DNA from: Octopus sinensis
Taxonomy: Eukaryota
Reading direction: 5' to 3'
DNA length: 64,000 nt
Assembly (NCBI RefSeq): GCF_006345805.1
Contig: NC_042997.1
Location: 129,766,001 to 129,830,000, forward strand
Shown here one piece after another: positions 53,221 through 64,000 of this stretch. The notes below the pieces were generated by a model. It saw only the letters and a list, made by a program, of their open reading frames with translations, was not told the origin of the DNA and made no database searches. Made by a program: the position numbers and the translations under genes. Within the stretch, counting starts at the first letter, position 1. Every line of letters begins with the position of its first letter.

Positions 53221-54515
53221 ATGGAGACGTGGGTGTGTGGCAAAAAACTTGCTTTCCAACATGGTTATAGGTTCAGTCTCACTGTGTGGAATCTTGGGCA
53301 TCTACTACAGCTTTGGGCTGTCAAAGCTTTTGAGTGGATTTACCAGATGGAAACTGAAAGAAGCCGACCATATATGAGGAGGTACCCAAAAGTAACCGGA
53401 AATGTTCTCTGTGGGGCAAGTCCATTGTAGTTCAGGCTTCTGCCACTAGAAATCACTACACGCAACTCTCAGACATCAGTCTGCTGACCAGTGTTGATGA
53501 CTGAAGTTGTACTGTCACATGGTGCATCTTTGTTTTGCAGTGCTTCTCCCCAGTTCGTTGATTTTAGTGATGGCTGAAACAAAAAGAACAGTGTGCTTCT
53601 ATGAAATTCTGCTTTCTGCAGGAGAAAACAGAAACCAAAACAGTTGTCATGCTTCAAACAGCTTACAAGGATGTTGCCATGAGCAAAACACAAGTTTATG
53701 AGCAATTTTCACCCTTTAGGAATGGCCACTCGAAGACCAACCTCTTCCAGGGTGACTGTCAACCCACTGCACAAATGAAAACATTACAAAAATGCATGAA
53801 CTGATGCTGGAGGACCGTCACCAAACAATTGATGAACTTGATATGAATGGTGTGTCTTGGAGCTCCTGCCAACAAATTTTGAGAAAGGAATTGCAAATGA
53901 AAAAGAGTTACAGCAAAATTTGTGCCTTGTTTGCTCATGGAAGATCAAAAGCAGTCACGACTGAATGTGTGATCCCACTTACCCACCCTTCCTATTCCCC
54001 CGATCTTGCTCCCAGCAACTTTTTTTTTGTTTCCCCAAATGAAAAACTTCTTACAGGAAAACGTTTTGCAGATGTGGAAGAGGTAAAGAAAAAATAACGG
54101 AGGCATTAAAAGGCATCACTTTGCAGAGTTCTAGGACTTCTTCGAACAGTGGAAAATGCATCTAGATAGATGCATTGCTTCAAATGAAGAATACTTTGAA
54201 GGCAATAAAAGTGTAAACATGTAAAACTAAGTGAATAAAATAATATTGCAAAATTCTGGTTTCTTTTGGATACCCCCCTTGTATACATATATATATCTGT
54301 ATGTGTGTGTCTTTGTGGTTGTCCCTCATCACTACTTGACAACTGATGTTGGTGTATTTACGTTCTTGTAACTTAGTGGTTCAGCAAAGGAGTAAAACTG
54401 AATAAGTACTAGGTTTAAAAAAAATAAGTACTGGGGTCAATTCATTCAACTAAATTTCTTCAAGGTAGTGCCCCAGCATGGCTGCAGTCTAATGACTGAA
54501 ACCAGTAAAAGACAA
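53221..54515 (+). mobile_element. Family B SINE split by a mariner insertion (head 53221-53372; tail 54283-54515)
   Basis: The head ends GGAAACTGAAAGAAGCCGACCATATA. The sequence resumes after the mariner with a (TA/TG)n linker and ACTTGACAAC...AATAAGTACT...CTGGGGTC...TGACTGAAACCAGTAAAAG. Confidence 0.78.
53375..54280 (+). mobile_element. Internally deleted mariner element, ~906 bp, TA TSD
   Basis: TIRs TGAGGAGGTACCCAAAAGTAACCGGAA / TTCTGGTTTCTTTTGGATACCCCCTTG. Peptides MKFCFLQEKTETKTVVMLQTAYKDVAMSKTQVYE and THPSYSPDLAPSNFF...GKRFADVEEVKKK (YSPDLAP motif). The catalytic core is deleted. Confidence 0.9.
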
Positions 54516-54578
54516 AAGATATATATACACAAGAATGTGTGTGTGTGTGTGTATATGCACACAAAAATGTACATATAC

Positions 54579-54609
<31 letters not shown>

Positions 54610-54612
<3 letters not shown>

Positions 54613-54634
54613 ATGCACACAAAAATGTGCACAA

Positions 54635-54665
<31 letters not shown>

Positions 54666-55364
54666 CATATATATGTATACACACACATACATGTTAAAAA
54701 TATACATGTATATACATGAAGGCATGAGGCCTAGAAGTTAAGGTGTTGCACTAGATTGTGAATTCGATTCCTAGACTGGGCAGTGCATTGTGTTCTTGAG
54801 TAAAAACACTTCATTTCAAGTTGCTCCAGTCTCTCTTTCAATCAGTGGGGAATGTTGGCCTGCTTGCCAAGCCAGTGGGGTCACGTCATTCGAAGGCTAA
54901 AACGATGCAAAGAACATTGTGCCCAGCAATGTGTAACATCTGACAGTCTGGTCAATCACATGATCACATACATACTTACACATAAGTATACATATATACA
55001 TATAAATATATATATATATACACACATTTGTGCATATACCCCCCCTCCACACACATATACATATCTTTATCATCATCATTTTAATGCTCACTTTTTGATG
55101 TTGCATGGTTCAGATGGAGTTTATTAAGGCAGATTTTCTGTAGCCAGATGCCTTTCCAGCTGCCAAGCTTAGTGTGTTTTCATGCAAAGTAATATTTCCC
55201 CATGTTCAAATATCACAAAATATTGGAAATGAAAGATACTGCATGTATGACAGTGACACTCATTTACAGGCAATGTCAAGACAAGGAGACACAAACACAT
55301 ACATATGATGGGCTTCTTTCAGTTTCCATCAATTAAACCAATCACAAGGCTTGTCCATATATAC

Positions 55365-55413
<49 letters not shown>

Positions 55414-55426
55414 AAAATGTGCACAA

Positions 55427-55457
<31 letters not shown>

Positions 55458-56511
55458 CATATATATGTATACACACACATACATGTTAAAAATATACATG
55501 TATATACATGAAGGCATGAGGCCTAGAAGTTAAGGTGTTGCACTAGATTGTGAATTCGATTCCTAGACTGGGCAGTGCATTGTGTTCTTGAGTAAAAACA
55601 CTTCATTTCAAGTTGCTCCAGTCTCTCTTTCAATCAGTGGGGAATGTTGGCCTGCTTGCCAAGCCAGTGGGGTCACGTCATTCGAAGGCTAAAACGATGC
55701 AAAGAACATTGTGCCCAGCAATGTGTAACATCTGACAGTCTGGTCAATCACATGATCACATACATACTTACACATAAGTATACATATATACATATAAATA
55801 TATATATATATACATATATATGTATACACACACATACATGTTAAAAATATACATGTATATACATGAAGGCATGAGGCCTAGAAGTTAAGGTGTTGCACTA
55901 GATTGTGAATTCGATTCCTAGACTGGGCAGTGCATTGTGTTCTTGAGTAAAAACACTTCATTTCAAGTTGCTCCAGTCTCTCTTTCAATCAGTGGGGAAT
56001 GTTGGCCTGCTTGCCAAGCCAGTGGGGTCACGTCATTCGAAGGCTAAAACGATGCAAAGAACATTGTGCCCAGCAATGTGTAACATCTGACAGTCTGGTC
56101 AATCACATGATCACATACATACTTACACATAAGTATACATATATACATATAAATATATATATATATACACACATTTGTGCATATACCCCCCCTCCACACA
56201 CATATACATATCTTTATCATCATCATTTTAATGCTCACTTTTTGATGTTGCATGGTTCAGATGGAGTTTATTAAGGCAGATTTTCTGTAGCCAGATGCCT
56301 TTCCAGCTGCCAAGCTTAGTGTGTTTTCATGCAAAGTAATATTTCCCCATGTTCAAATATCACAAAATATTGGAAATGAAAGATACTGCATGTATGACAG
56401 TGACACTCATTTACAGGCAATGTCAAGACAAGGAGACACAAACACATACATATGATGGGCTTCTTTCAGTTTCCATCAATTAAACCAATCACAAGGCTTG
56501 TCCATATATAC

Positions 56512-56550
<39 letters not shown>
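54610..56550 (+). repeat. Near-identical tandem duplication: 792-bp unit twice, the second copy carrying a 355-bp internal duplication
   Basis: GGCATGAGGCCTAGAAG at 54721, 55513 and 55868 (offsets 792 and 355). CACACATTTGTGCATATACC at 55021 and 56168 (offset 1147). The units contain a CORE-like SINE and an antisense family B tail. Confidence 0.92.
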
Positions 56551-56555
<5 letters not shown>

Positions 56556-56781
56556 ATTAATTTTTTGCTAGTTTATTTTGTCTTTTTGTCTTCTCTCCTG
56601 GTGCTGTATGAAATTTTTAATGTGGTTTTAGAGTCAGGTTTTGGCTACTATTTCAAGCGTGGTGGTATCTCTTAGATACCCTAAATTATAATTTTAATAA
56701 TAATTATTACCTTTGAAGGTTTTTATTCCCATGTTTGCCACTTGATAAGTTCAATATTTAAATAATGATCTTATCCTTATT

Positions 56782-56847
<66 letters not shown>

Positions 56848-58139
56848 CATAAATACATATACATGTATGTATATACTTATATATACATATATTTGAGAAG
56901 TGTGTTCTTTTTCTCTCAAGTTCTTTAATAACTGATTTTATGGAGGTAATGGAACAAAAAAAAAAAAAAATTGATAAGTAATTCTCAAATGCCTATATCT
57001 ATTCCTGAAAACAGACTCGTGAAACTAGGCAAATCTGTATTTTCATCAGTAGAATATACTTTCAGTAAAGCTGATGGAATTGTATATCTAAAATATACAT
57101 TGAAATATCAGAATAATTTTGCTAACAGTAAAATTTAAAATACAGCAAGTAATGAGTCATATTTACTTGATATAAATCTGGAAATTAAGAAGCTGCACTG
57201 AAGTACAGAAATTGCTTTTGATAAAATTATTTTGTATAAAAGACACAGACAACCTAATTCATAAAATAAAAGAGATTATGCAGCTATCATTAAATATTTT
57301 TATGTTTTTAATAGGTAAAATGTCGTCAATGGTTGAATTTAAATATATTGTTTCATCTATTTGGAACATTGATACGTTAAGGAAAATATAAGGTTTTATC
57401 ACTAAAATGATTTGAAAACTAAGGACTGACTAAATTTTTTACGCTTTCCCTTGAAAATGGCAGCAGAGCAAGTTGATACATAGACATTACACACACACAC
57501 AATGGTGTGTATGTGTACACACAGATACAAGCCCAGAGGAAATTTTTGAATTGGATGAAAATGACCCCAAGCGGAACTATAAAAGGAAAGTACTAAAATA
57601 TGAAGAATTGTCACAAGGGTTGAGGGGGATGAGAGAGAGAGAAGGGGAGAGAGAAAGAGAAAAGGAAGGAGTGTGTGGTTGTGCGTGTGTTTGTGTGTGA
57701 AGTGGGAGGTTCAAAGAATGAAACAACGGTTGCAGTAGTTTCCATTTACGATGAGTTTAAATATCTCAGAGAAAAAATGATAATGTATGAAATTTATCTT
57801 AGTTGATCAAGGTACAATTATTATCATGGGGCTGATTTACTCTACTAACGCCTTATCCCGTCAAATTTGTGGATTTCTACCTATGTTGAAAATTACCACC
57901 AACACCACCACCATTACCATTAACACTACTACTATTACTACTACTATTATTATGTAATTAACTATATCATCATCTCCCAAATATGAAACCTTTTAACAAT
58001 GTAAGAAATTATTATTAAGACAAGATGCAGGAAATTTTGGAGTGAGAGAAGAGCTGATTGTCTATCTTGGTAAAAGAAATTTATGAAGCTATGGAGGAAA
58101 GAAGCAGTTGTTGCATTACACAGTATCATGACAGCTAAG

Positions 58140-58267
58140 AGATAAGGAAACTAAGCAGCCAATGGAGGGAATTAGCTTTCCTCTATCGAACAATGGCAAT
58201 TGGTATGCAACTGCATGACACGTCGGAAGTAAAATGCTTTGGGAACAACTGTTCCCAAAGCATTTTA
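58140..58267. promoter_or_regulatory. Candidate cis-regulatory cluster with a perfect 18-bp palindrome
   Basis: AGATAAG (58140), AGCCAATGG (58157), TGACACGTC (58216), CGGAAGT (58224) and palindrome 58230-58267. Motif matches only, no functional evidence. Confidence 0.3.
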
Positions 58268-60249
58268 TTTCCACTAATATCATTGAAAAGCTATTTTGTA
58301 AAACAAAAAAAAAGAAAATTTATAGAATGTGACATGAGTAGGTATTTGTAAGAATAACAGAAATAAATGAGTTTAAGTGAAAGAAAATATAATCTTTTAC
58401 TACTGGAAGAATTGTGGCTTTATTATATTATACACATTAATGGTTTTGCTTTGGCAAATATTAACACTATAGGTGGGGTTTTTTTTTGTATCGGAAAATG
58501 GAAAACTTCCATCTATACATGTATATTTAGTCAAACACATGAAGACATACATACGGTCACAAAAATCATACATATAGTTACTATAACATACAAACATATA
58601 GGCAAGCACACAAGGAACTGGTGCTGCAATGTCGATCCGATTAGATAGCAGTCTCCATATTGAATACGTAAATAGCAAGAGAAAAATGTAGGTATAATTT
58701 ATGAAAATTGAGGGTTACAACTTATGGAAAATGATCACACAGGTCTTAACATCCAAAGTCGTTACCCACATCCACCCCATTCTCTGCCTTACTTCCCTCA
58801 GATATGCCATCATTCAGCAGTAGAGACAATTCATAAAACATAGCATCAGTCTCAATTTCAGTTAGTGTTCTTCAGTGACAGAGTTGTCATCAAAGTGAAA
58901 ACCCAAGACAGATGGTAGCAGGAGTCAACTACAATCAGCATTTATACTCATACACTGCACATAATTTACTAGAGTTAAATGTCCGTTCTCGGTTCAAATA
59001 ACATCAGCATTTGTAAAACAAATGACTGGAATATAGTCAATGGAAATTATTTCCTTCCTTCACAACTGGCCTTGAGCACTACTACTATTTCTATTACTGG
59101 AAAAACGCAATGACCTATTGGATTCAAGAAAGAAACCTTGCAACAGAAAGTTTTTCTTTCTCTTTCTATATACATGTGGGGGTGTGTGTACACAAACACA
59201 CACACACACACGCACACAAACACACAAGTGATCATCACTGTAATTATCATTTAATATGTTTTCCATGCTGACATGAGGTGGATGATTTGACATACTGGAC
59301 GATTATGTCTCAGTTTTGGCATGGTTTTTATGGCTGGATGCCCTTAGTACCAAACACTTTACAGAATGACCACTTTATAGGTGCATTTTTCATGGCGTTG
59401 GTACTACAGATTATGATTTTCTCTCACCAACACTAAAACGCTCTCTGAAGTCCTACATTATCACTGATCAATTCAATTTACAAACAACTAAGAGAACAGT
59501 GAATGTGTTTCTTTTGTTTTGTAGATCACAAAGCAAAAGACAATCTCTATAAATGAATGAGAAGCAGTTACAGTATGTAAAAAGAAGTTAGGAGTTGTGG
59601 GATGGAAGTGGAGGAGACACAAAAGAGAGAAAGAAGAGTAATGTCACAGATTAGTGTAGAACTGTTAAGGCAATGCAATGTGTTGAGTAGAAGGCACCAT
59701 ATATATATATTTAGAGAGTCAGAGACAGACAATAAATGCATAGCTATATATGTATTTATATGCATATAACAATAATTGTATACATATACATAACAGAATT
59801 AATATTCTAAAACCAAGGAGCCACATAAATAGCATTGGTGTGGGCGCTGGTGTCATGTAAAAAGTACCTGTTACACTCTGCAAAGTGGTTGGCATTAGGA
59901 AGGTCATCCAGCTCTAGAGACCAAACTAAAACAGTCTAAGGAACCTGGTGCAGTCTCTAGTCTTGCCAATTCCCATGAAGCTGTCCAACCCATGCCAGCA
60001 TAGAAAACATACATTAAATGTTGATCACACACACACACACACACATAAAAAAGGGACAAAATAATGGCAACATCATTTATTATTTAACTAATTTTTTTCT
60101 GTTGGTAATATGACAAATTCAAAACTGTTCTAGTCTGTATATGTGTTCATATGTATTGTGTATGCCCTCTTCATGATATAACCCTATTTTTTATAATTTT
60201 TTTTTGCGAGCATTTATATTTATATCAATTAAAATGTGTGGCCTATCTG

Positions 60250-60900
60250 ATTTCCAGAGAGGACAAATTGTTGGAGCATGGATGGTTAGGGCATCGGCCA
60301 CTAAATCTCTTTTCTTCCAGTTTGAGGCAAGTTTATGCCTGGAGAAAAGAAGCCTTCAACTCTGACTGTTTGACTACAAAGCATGAAGGTGGCTCTGTGA
60401 TGATTTGGGCAACCAGGTTACGAAATTCTCTTGACCTTTTTACTTGTTCTACATGGCAGAGTTAATGTCAAGGATTATCTGAATATTTTGGCTGAACAAT
60501 TTTATTCTATGGTAAATATTATTCCCTGATGATAGTGCAGTCTCCCAAGATGATAATGTACTGCTTCACATAGCTAACGTTATTCAATATTGGTATGAAG
60601 AGGACAAAAGTAAATCACTTGGGCTAGGCCTCACAATCACCAAATCTGAATGTAATTGAATATTTATGGTGCATTATAGAGGGGCAATTGAGAAACTGCT
60701 TCCTCCAAGATCAATGCTGAAAGAGCTAAAGCAGATTTTACTTGAAGAATGGTTCAGAATTCCACTAACAACCTTCCAGAACCAGTACTTGTCAATTCCT
60801 CAATGTATTACAGGTGTGATTGATGCCAAAAGTGGACCAACTCCATGCTGAATAATAAAATTTCTTTTTAAAAAAGTGTTTCCAATATTTTGTTCAAATA
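60250..60900 (+). mobile_element. Internally deleted Tc1 (DD34E-type) relic
   Basis: FQRGQIVGAW (N-terminus), RQVYAWRKEAFNSDCLTTKHEGGSVMIWA, QDDN...SQSPNLNVIEYLW and LLEEWFRIPLTTFQNQYLSIPQCITGVIDAKSGPTPC* (Tc1 C-terminus GGPTPY). Confidence 0.85.
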
Positions 60901-60946
60901 CAAAAATTTATGTACATATGTATTTATGTGTGTGTGTGTGTGTGTG

Positions 60947-60990
<44 letters not shown>

Positions 60991-63077
60991 TACACGTATA
61001 AGTATATAAATGCATATACATATATCTTTATACAATACAGCATAAAAATAAAAAAGAATTATATGTCTTCAAAATGTATTTATTAATGCATTATTCTCAT
61101 CAAATTTCAATCTGACATATGTTTCTGTTGGATAAGTGTCCTAATGTCCTTTGATGTAGCAGTAACATGCACTTAGTTGATTTAAATTTAAATCAGTTGT
61201 AATACATATTCATCCAAGGTAGACATTCGTATGAAGGTCTGTTCAAGGTTTTACCCACACAGCTGGGTGAAATAAATTGAAGATTCAAGTATTGGATATT
61301 CCTTAAAGTATATTCTAGGAGAGGAACCTTAAAACCTCAGTGTACAAGAAAGTAGAGTTTTCACTGAACTATAGTGACTATAGTTCTGATATCACTTAAG
61401 CTTAAAATGATCTTTTTAGATATTAAGGGAATAAATTAATTTTATACACTTAGTAAAAGAAAAACCTTTAATTAGGTTGTGATGCACCTAATACAACTGA
61501 CCACTCATAATGAGGGCAATATAATACAATATAAAATAGAGAGATTTAAAGGGAACTGAAAGAAAGAGGAAATAAATATCGTTTTAACTGGGTAATCAGA
61601 CCAGTTCATAACAATAAAGTTTTATGTTTTTCTGAATATTAGAAGTCTTGTATTAATTGATATGAATAAAGTGAATTGAAATTCTAATCGTACTTTGTCT
61701 CAGTTCACACACAAACAAAACAAAGCAATAGACTAGGACAGTGAGGCTTAGTTCAAATTAAAAAAATCTAAAATAAGTTTGCTATGATCCGACTAGGTTA
61801 ATTTATGTGCCGTTTTATCTACATGATTTCTAATTAAAAACCCTTATTTGTGCACATTTTACTGTTAATTTGTTTCTGCAATTTAATAACCTGCAATTAG
61901 AGGAAAGGATATGGAATACTTCTTTCAAGCAGAGATTACCTTTCTAATTCCCAGTAGTACAGTAAAGCCCTACTAATAATTGACAATTTAATATCATATT
62001 TAGGGTTCTTATTCTTTAAAGTCCAGATGAACCCACTCAAACTTGTACAATTATACTTTCCCAATTTTTGAAAGAAGAAAGGTGGTTAGATAATCTTTGT
62101 TTAAAGTTAGTAGAACATGAAGCTGTCACTAACTGTACATTTGTAAACTAGGTTTTTCTGAGGTATTACTCTTCATGTGGACATACTAATTTGCTCTTAC
62201 AGTTACAATCATGCTTATTAACATTAACCCTATGCTTGCTATTGGCAGAAGTATTATGTGCTCTGTCTATATCATTATGTACCACTATGAAAAGTATTGG
62301 TTTCACTATCAATTAAATAGTTGTACTATAAGATTCCTTACTTGATTCATTTAATTCATATGTGTGGTTTGGGCTTAGTTACCTCTCTTATACTAGCTTC
62401 TGTAGGTTTGCTATTGTTTCCACTATTACTGCTACCCAAACAGACGCTCATTATTCCACTAGAATCATTCATAATATGTTCTACCTTATCCATACAGTTA
62501 TTATTATTACAAGCCATATTATCACTATTTGTATTCTATTTTTTGTGTTTACTAGGTTCCTACGAGTGAATTCTCTAATTTTCTTAAAATTGTGTGCTGG
62601 TATAATTTGGGTTAGGTTCCTAGTTGTCAAAAAGGAAAACCTAAGTGTGTACTGGCATGAAATCTGATTATATTTGCAGGTTGTGGCTTTCTAAGTCTCA
62701 AAGACTGTACTATACCATAATATATGTCTAGACCTTGCTTTTCTATTGGTGGGGTGGTCACAGTTTTTGTTAACCTAATTTTTATGTCTTTTGTATGATT
62801 TAAAAAAAAAATCTATTAACCTGTTTATTAAGGAGTTTACTTAAATTTATATTGTTATCCATTAGGAAACTATTTATATTGTGATGTTTGGCATGCTAAC
62901 AGGAAATCTCATTTTCCTTGTCATGGTCTTTTTGTTTTATGTGAACTAGAACCTTGAACAAAACTGCAGAGCAATGTCTACTTTAGATGAATATGCACGA
63001 CAAGATTTATATTTAAATCAACAAAATGCACATAACTGCTACATCAAAAGACATTACGACACTTATTCAGCAGAAAC

Positions 63078-63306
63078 GTCGAGCTGGCAGAAACATTAGC
63101 ACGCCGGGTGAAATGCGTAGCCGTATTTCGTCTGTCGTTACGTTCCAAGTTCAAATTCCGCCGAGGTCAACTTTGCCTTTCATCCTTTTGGGGGTCGATA
63201 AATTAAGTACCAGTTACACACTGGGATCGATGTAATCGACTTAATCCCTTTGTCTGTCCTTGTTTGTCCCCTCTGTGTTTAGACCCTTGTGGGTAGTAAA
63301 GAAATA
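63078..63306 (+). mobile_element. Young family A SINE with 14-bp TSD
   Basis: CpG-rich copy with TATTCAGCAGAAAC at 63064-63077 and 63307-63320. The tail is nearly identical to the 8104 copy. Confidence 0.92.
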
Positions 63307-63689
63307 TATTCAGCAGAAACATGTGTTGAATCAGAATTTGATGAGAATAATGCATTAATAAATAAATTTTGAAGATATATAATTCTCCACTCTTCTTTAC
63401 GTTTTGATTATATATTGTGTAGGCTGTATGAAATCCAATGAAGCATACTTGGGATTTACCTACAGAATGAAGTACCATTCCATTGATTATCTTAAACAAT
63501 TCTGTATGTTCTGTAACAGCTTGATGTATTGGTAAATAGTCAAAAGCATTGGAGAGCATAAAAATTGAAGTGGTAGTTGAGAAAAAGTTAGCTGACAAGG
63601 AGGACTGGAAGCCATCTGAATATTGGGAAAAAGTTACCTGTATTATGATGGTTTGCACTGGGTGTGAAAACGCCGACACCATGACTGCT

Positions 63690-64000
63690 GCTCAATGACC
63701 TGTGAATACCATAAAGGCTATAAGACACAACACAGACAACTGCAACAGAAACTATGAAGTCATGGCCAACAGGAAGGGACACAGCAGGTGTTCTGACTGT
63801 GTTTGCATGCTATATTTCATTTGATAACTGCAGGACAAAGCCTTAGGCTAATTTCAGATGGCTATGTGAAGCTACTGGAAACTATGGTCAAAACCTGGTT
63901 GGAGAGGGTTACTAATAGAAAGCCATGTGTGTGGCAGTAGGATTTGGTTTTCAGAAGTAGTTGTTAGAGAATTTCTATGACTTCATCAGCCACAATTTCT
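63690..64000 (+). mobile_element. maT/DD37D-like Tc1/mariner transposase relic, running off the window
   Basis: GQSLRLISDGYVKLLETMVKTWLERVTNRKPCVWQ*D...ENFYDFISHNF resembles GLRLNSDGYV.LLETVVKPWLE....RPYVWQQDSAP...ENFYDF.SPN.WPP. Confidence 0.7.

Noticed and set aside
54446-56274. Numerous 60-90 aa ORFs rich in Y/I/C/V/H/T
   Set aside because: Translations of (AT)n/(AC)n microsatellites and SINE sequence, repeated because of the tandem duplication.
57525-57618. Protein-like stretch DTSPEEIFELDENDPKRNYKRKVLKYEELSQG on the plus strand between AG and GT
   Set aside because: No polypyrimidine tract, weak donor, no homolog recognised and no partner exons found.
63203-63682. Longest ORF (159 aa, minus) and an internal 60-nt exon-like segment 63460-63519 with CTAAC, AG and AG|GTAAAT
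   Set aside because: No recognisable homology, it runs into a SINE and overlaps a transposon relic. In the G-alpha-o frame the segment hits TAA after nine codons. Such cryptic sites are common without RNA evidence.
13727-64000. Search for G-alpha-o exons 1-2 (MGCTLS..., GAGESGKS...)
   Set aside because: Near matches such as TTCATTTG at 37561 and 51772 or CTCCAGC at 28042 do not translate to the expected peptide. The search was manual, so a miss is possible.

Overview
Eukaryotic, AT-rich, microsatellite-dense genomic DNA, most likely from an octopod cephalopod (inferred from the mollusc-type G-alpha-o peptide and the SINE/RTE repeat landscape). The only host coding sequence I can support is one 142-nt exon on the minus strand (13585-13726). 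It encodes (K)[47 protein letters not shown], the equivalent of exon 3 of G protein alpha-o (GNAO1), with canonical AG/GT borders. I did not find exons 2 or 4 by eye, so the rest of the window appears to be intron (>50 kb upstream, >13.5 kb downstream). The introns are packed with transposon relics: several tRNA-derived SINE families, RTE LINE 3' ends, CR1-like fragments, a Gypsy pol relic, a Penelope relic, an R4/Dong-like element in a (TAA)n tract, hAT MITEs and five Tc1/mariner derivatives. The most notable structures are two ~0.87-kb fold-back Tc1/mariner derivatives (5'+5' halves at 4606-5473; a DD41D element with ~330-bp inverted arms at 26629-27488), a minisatellite seeded by the TIR tip, a TAA-targeted nest of retroelements at 49.2-52.4 kb, hairpins with degenerate hammerhead-like cores, and near-identical tandem duplications at 54.6-56.5 kb. 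I found no unambiguous new biological system. All alignments, counts and family calls were made by eye and need computational confirmation.
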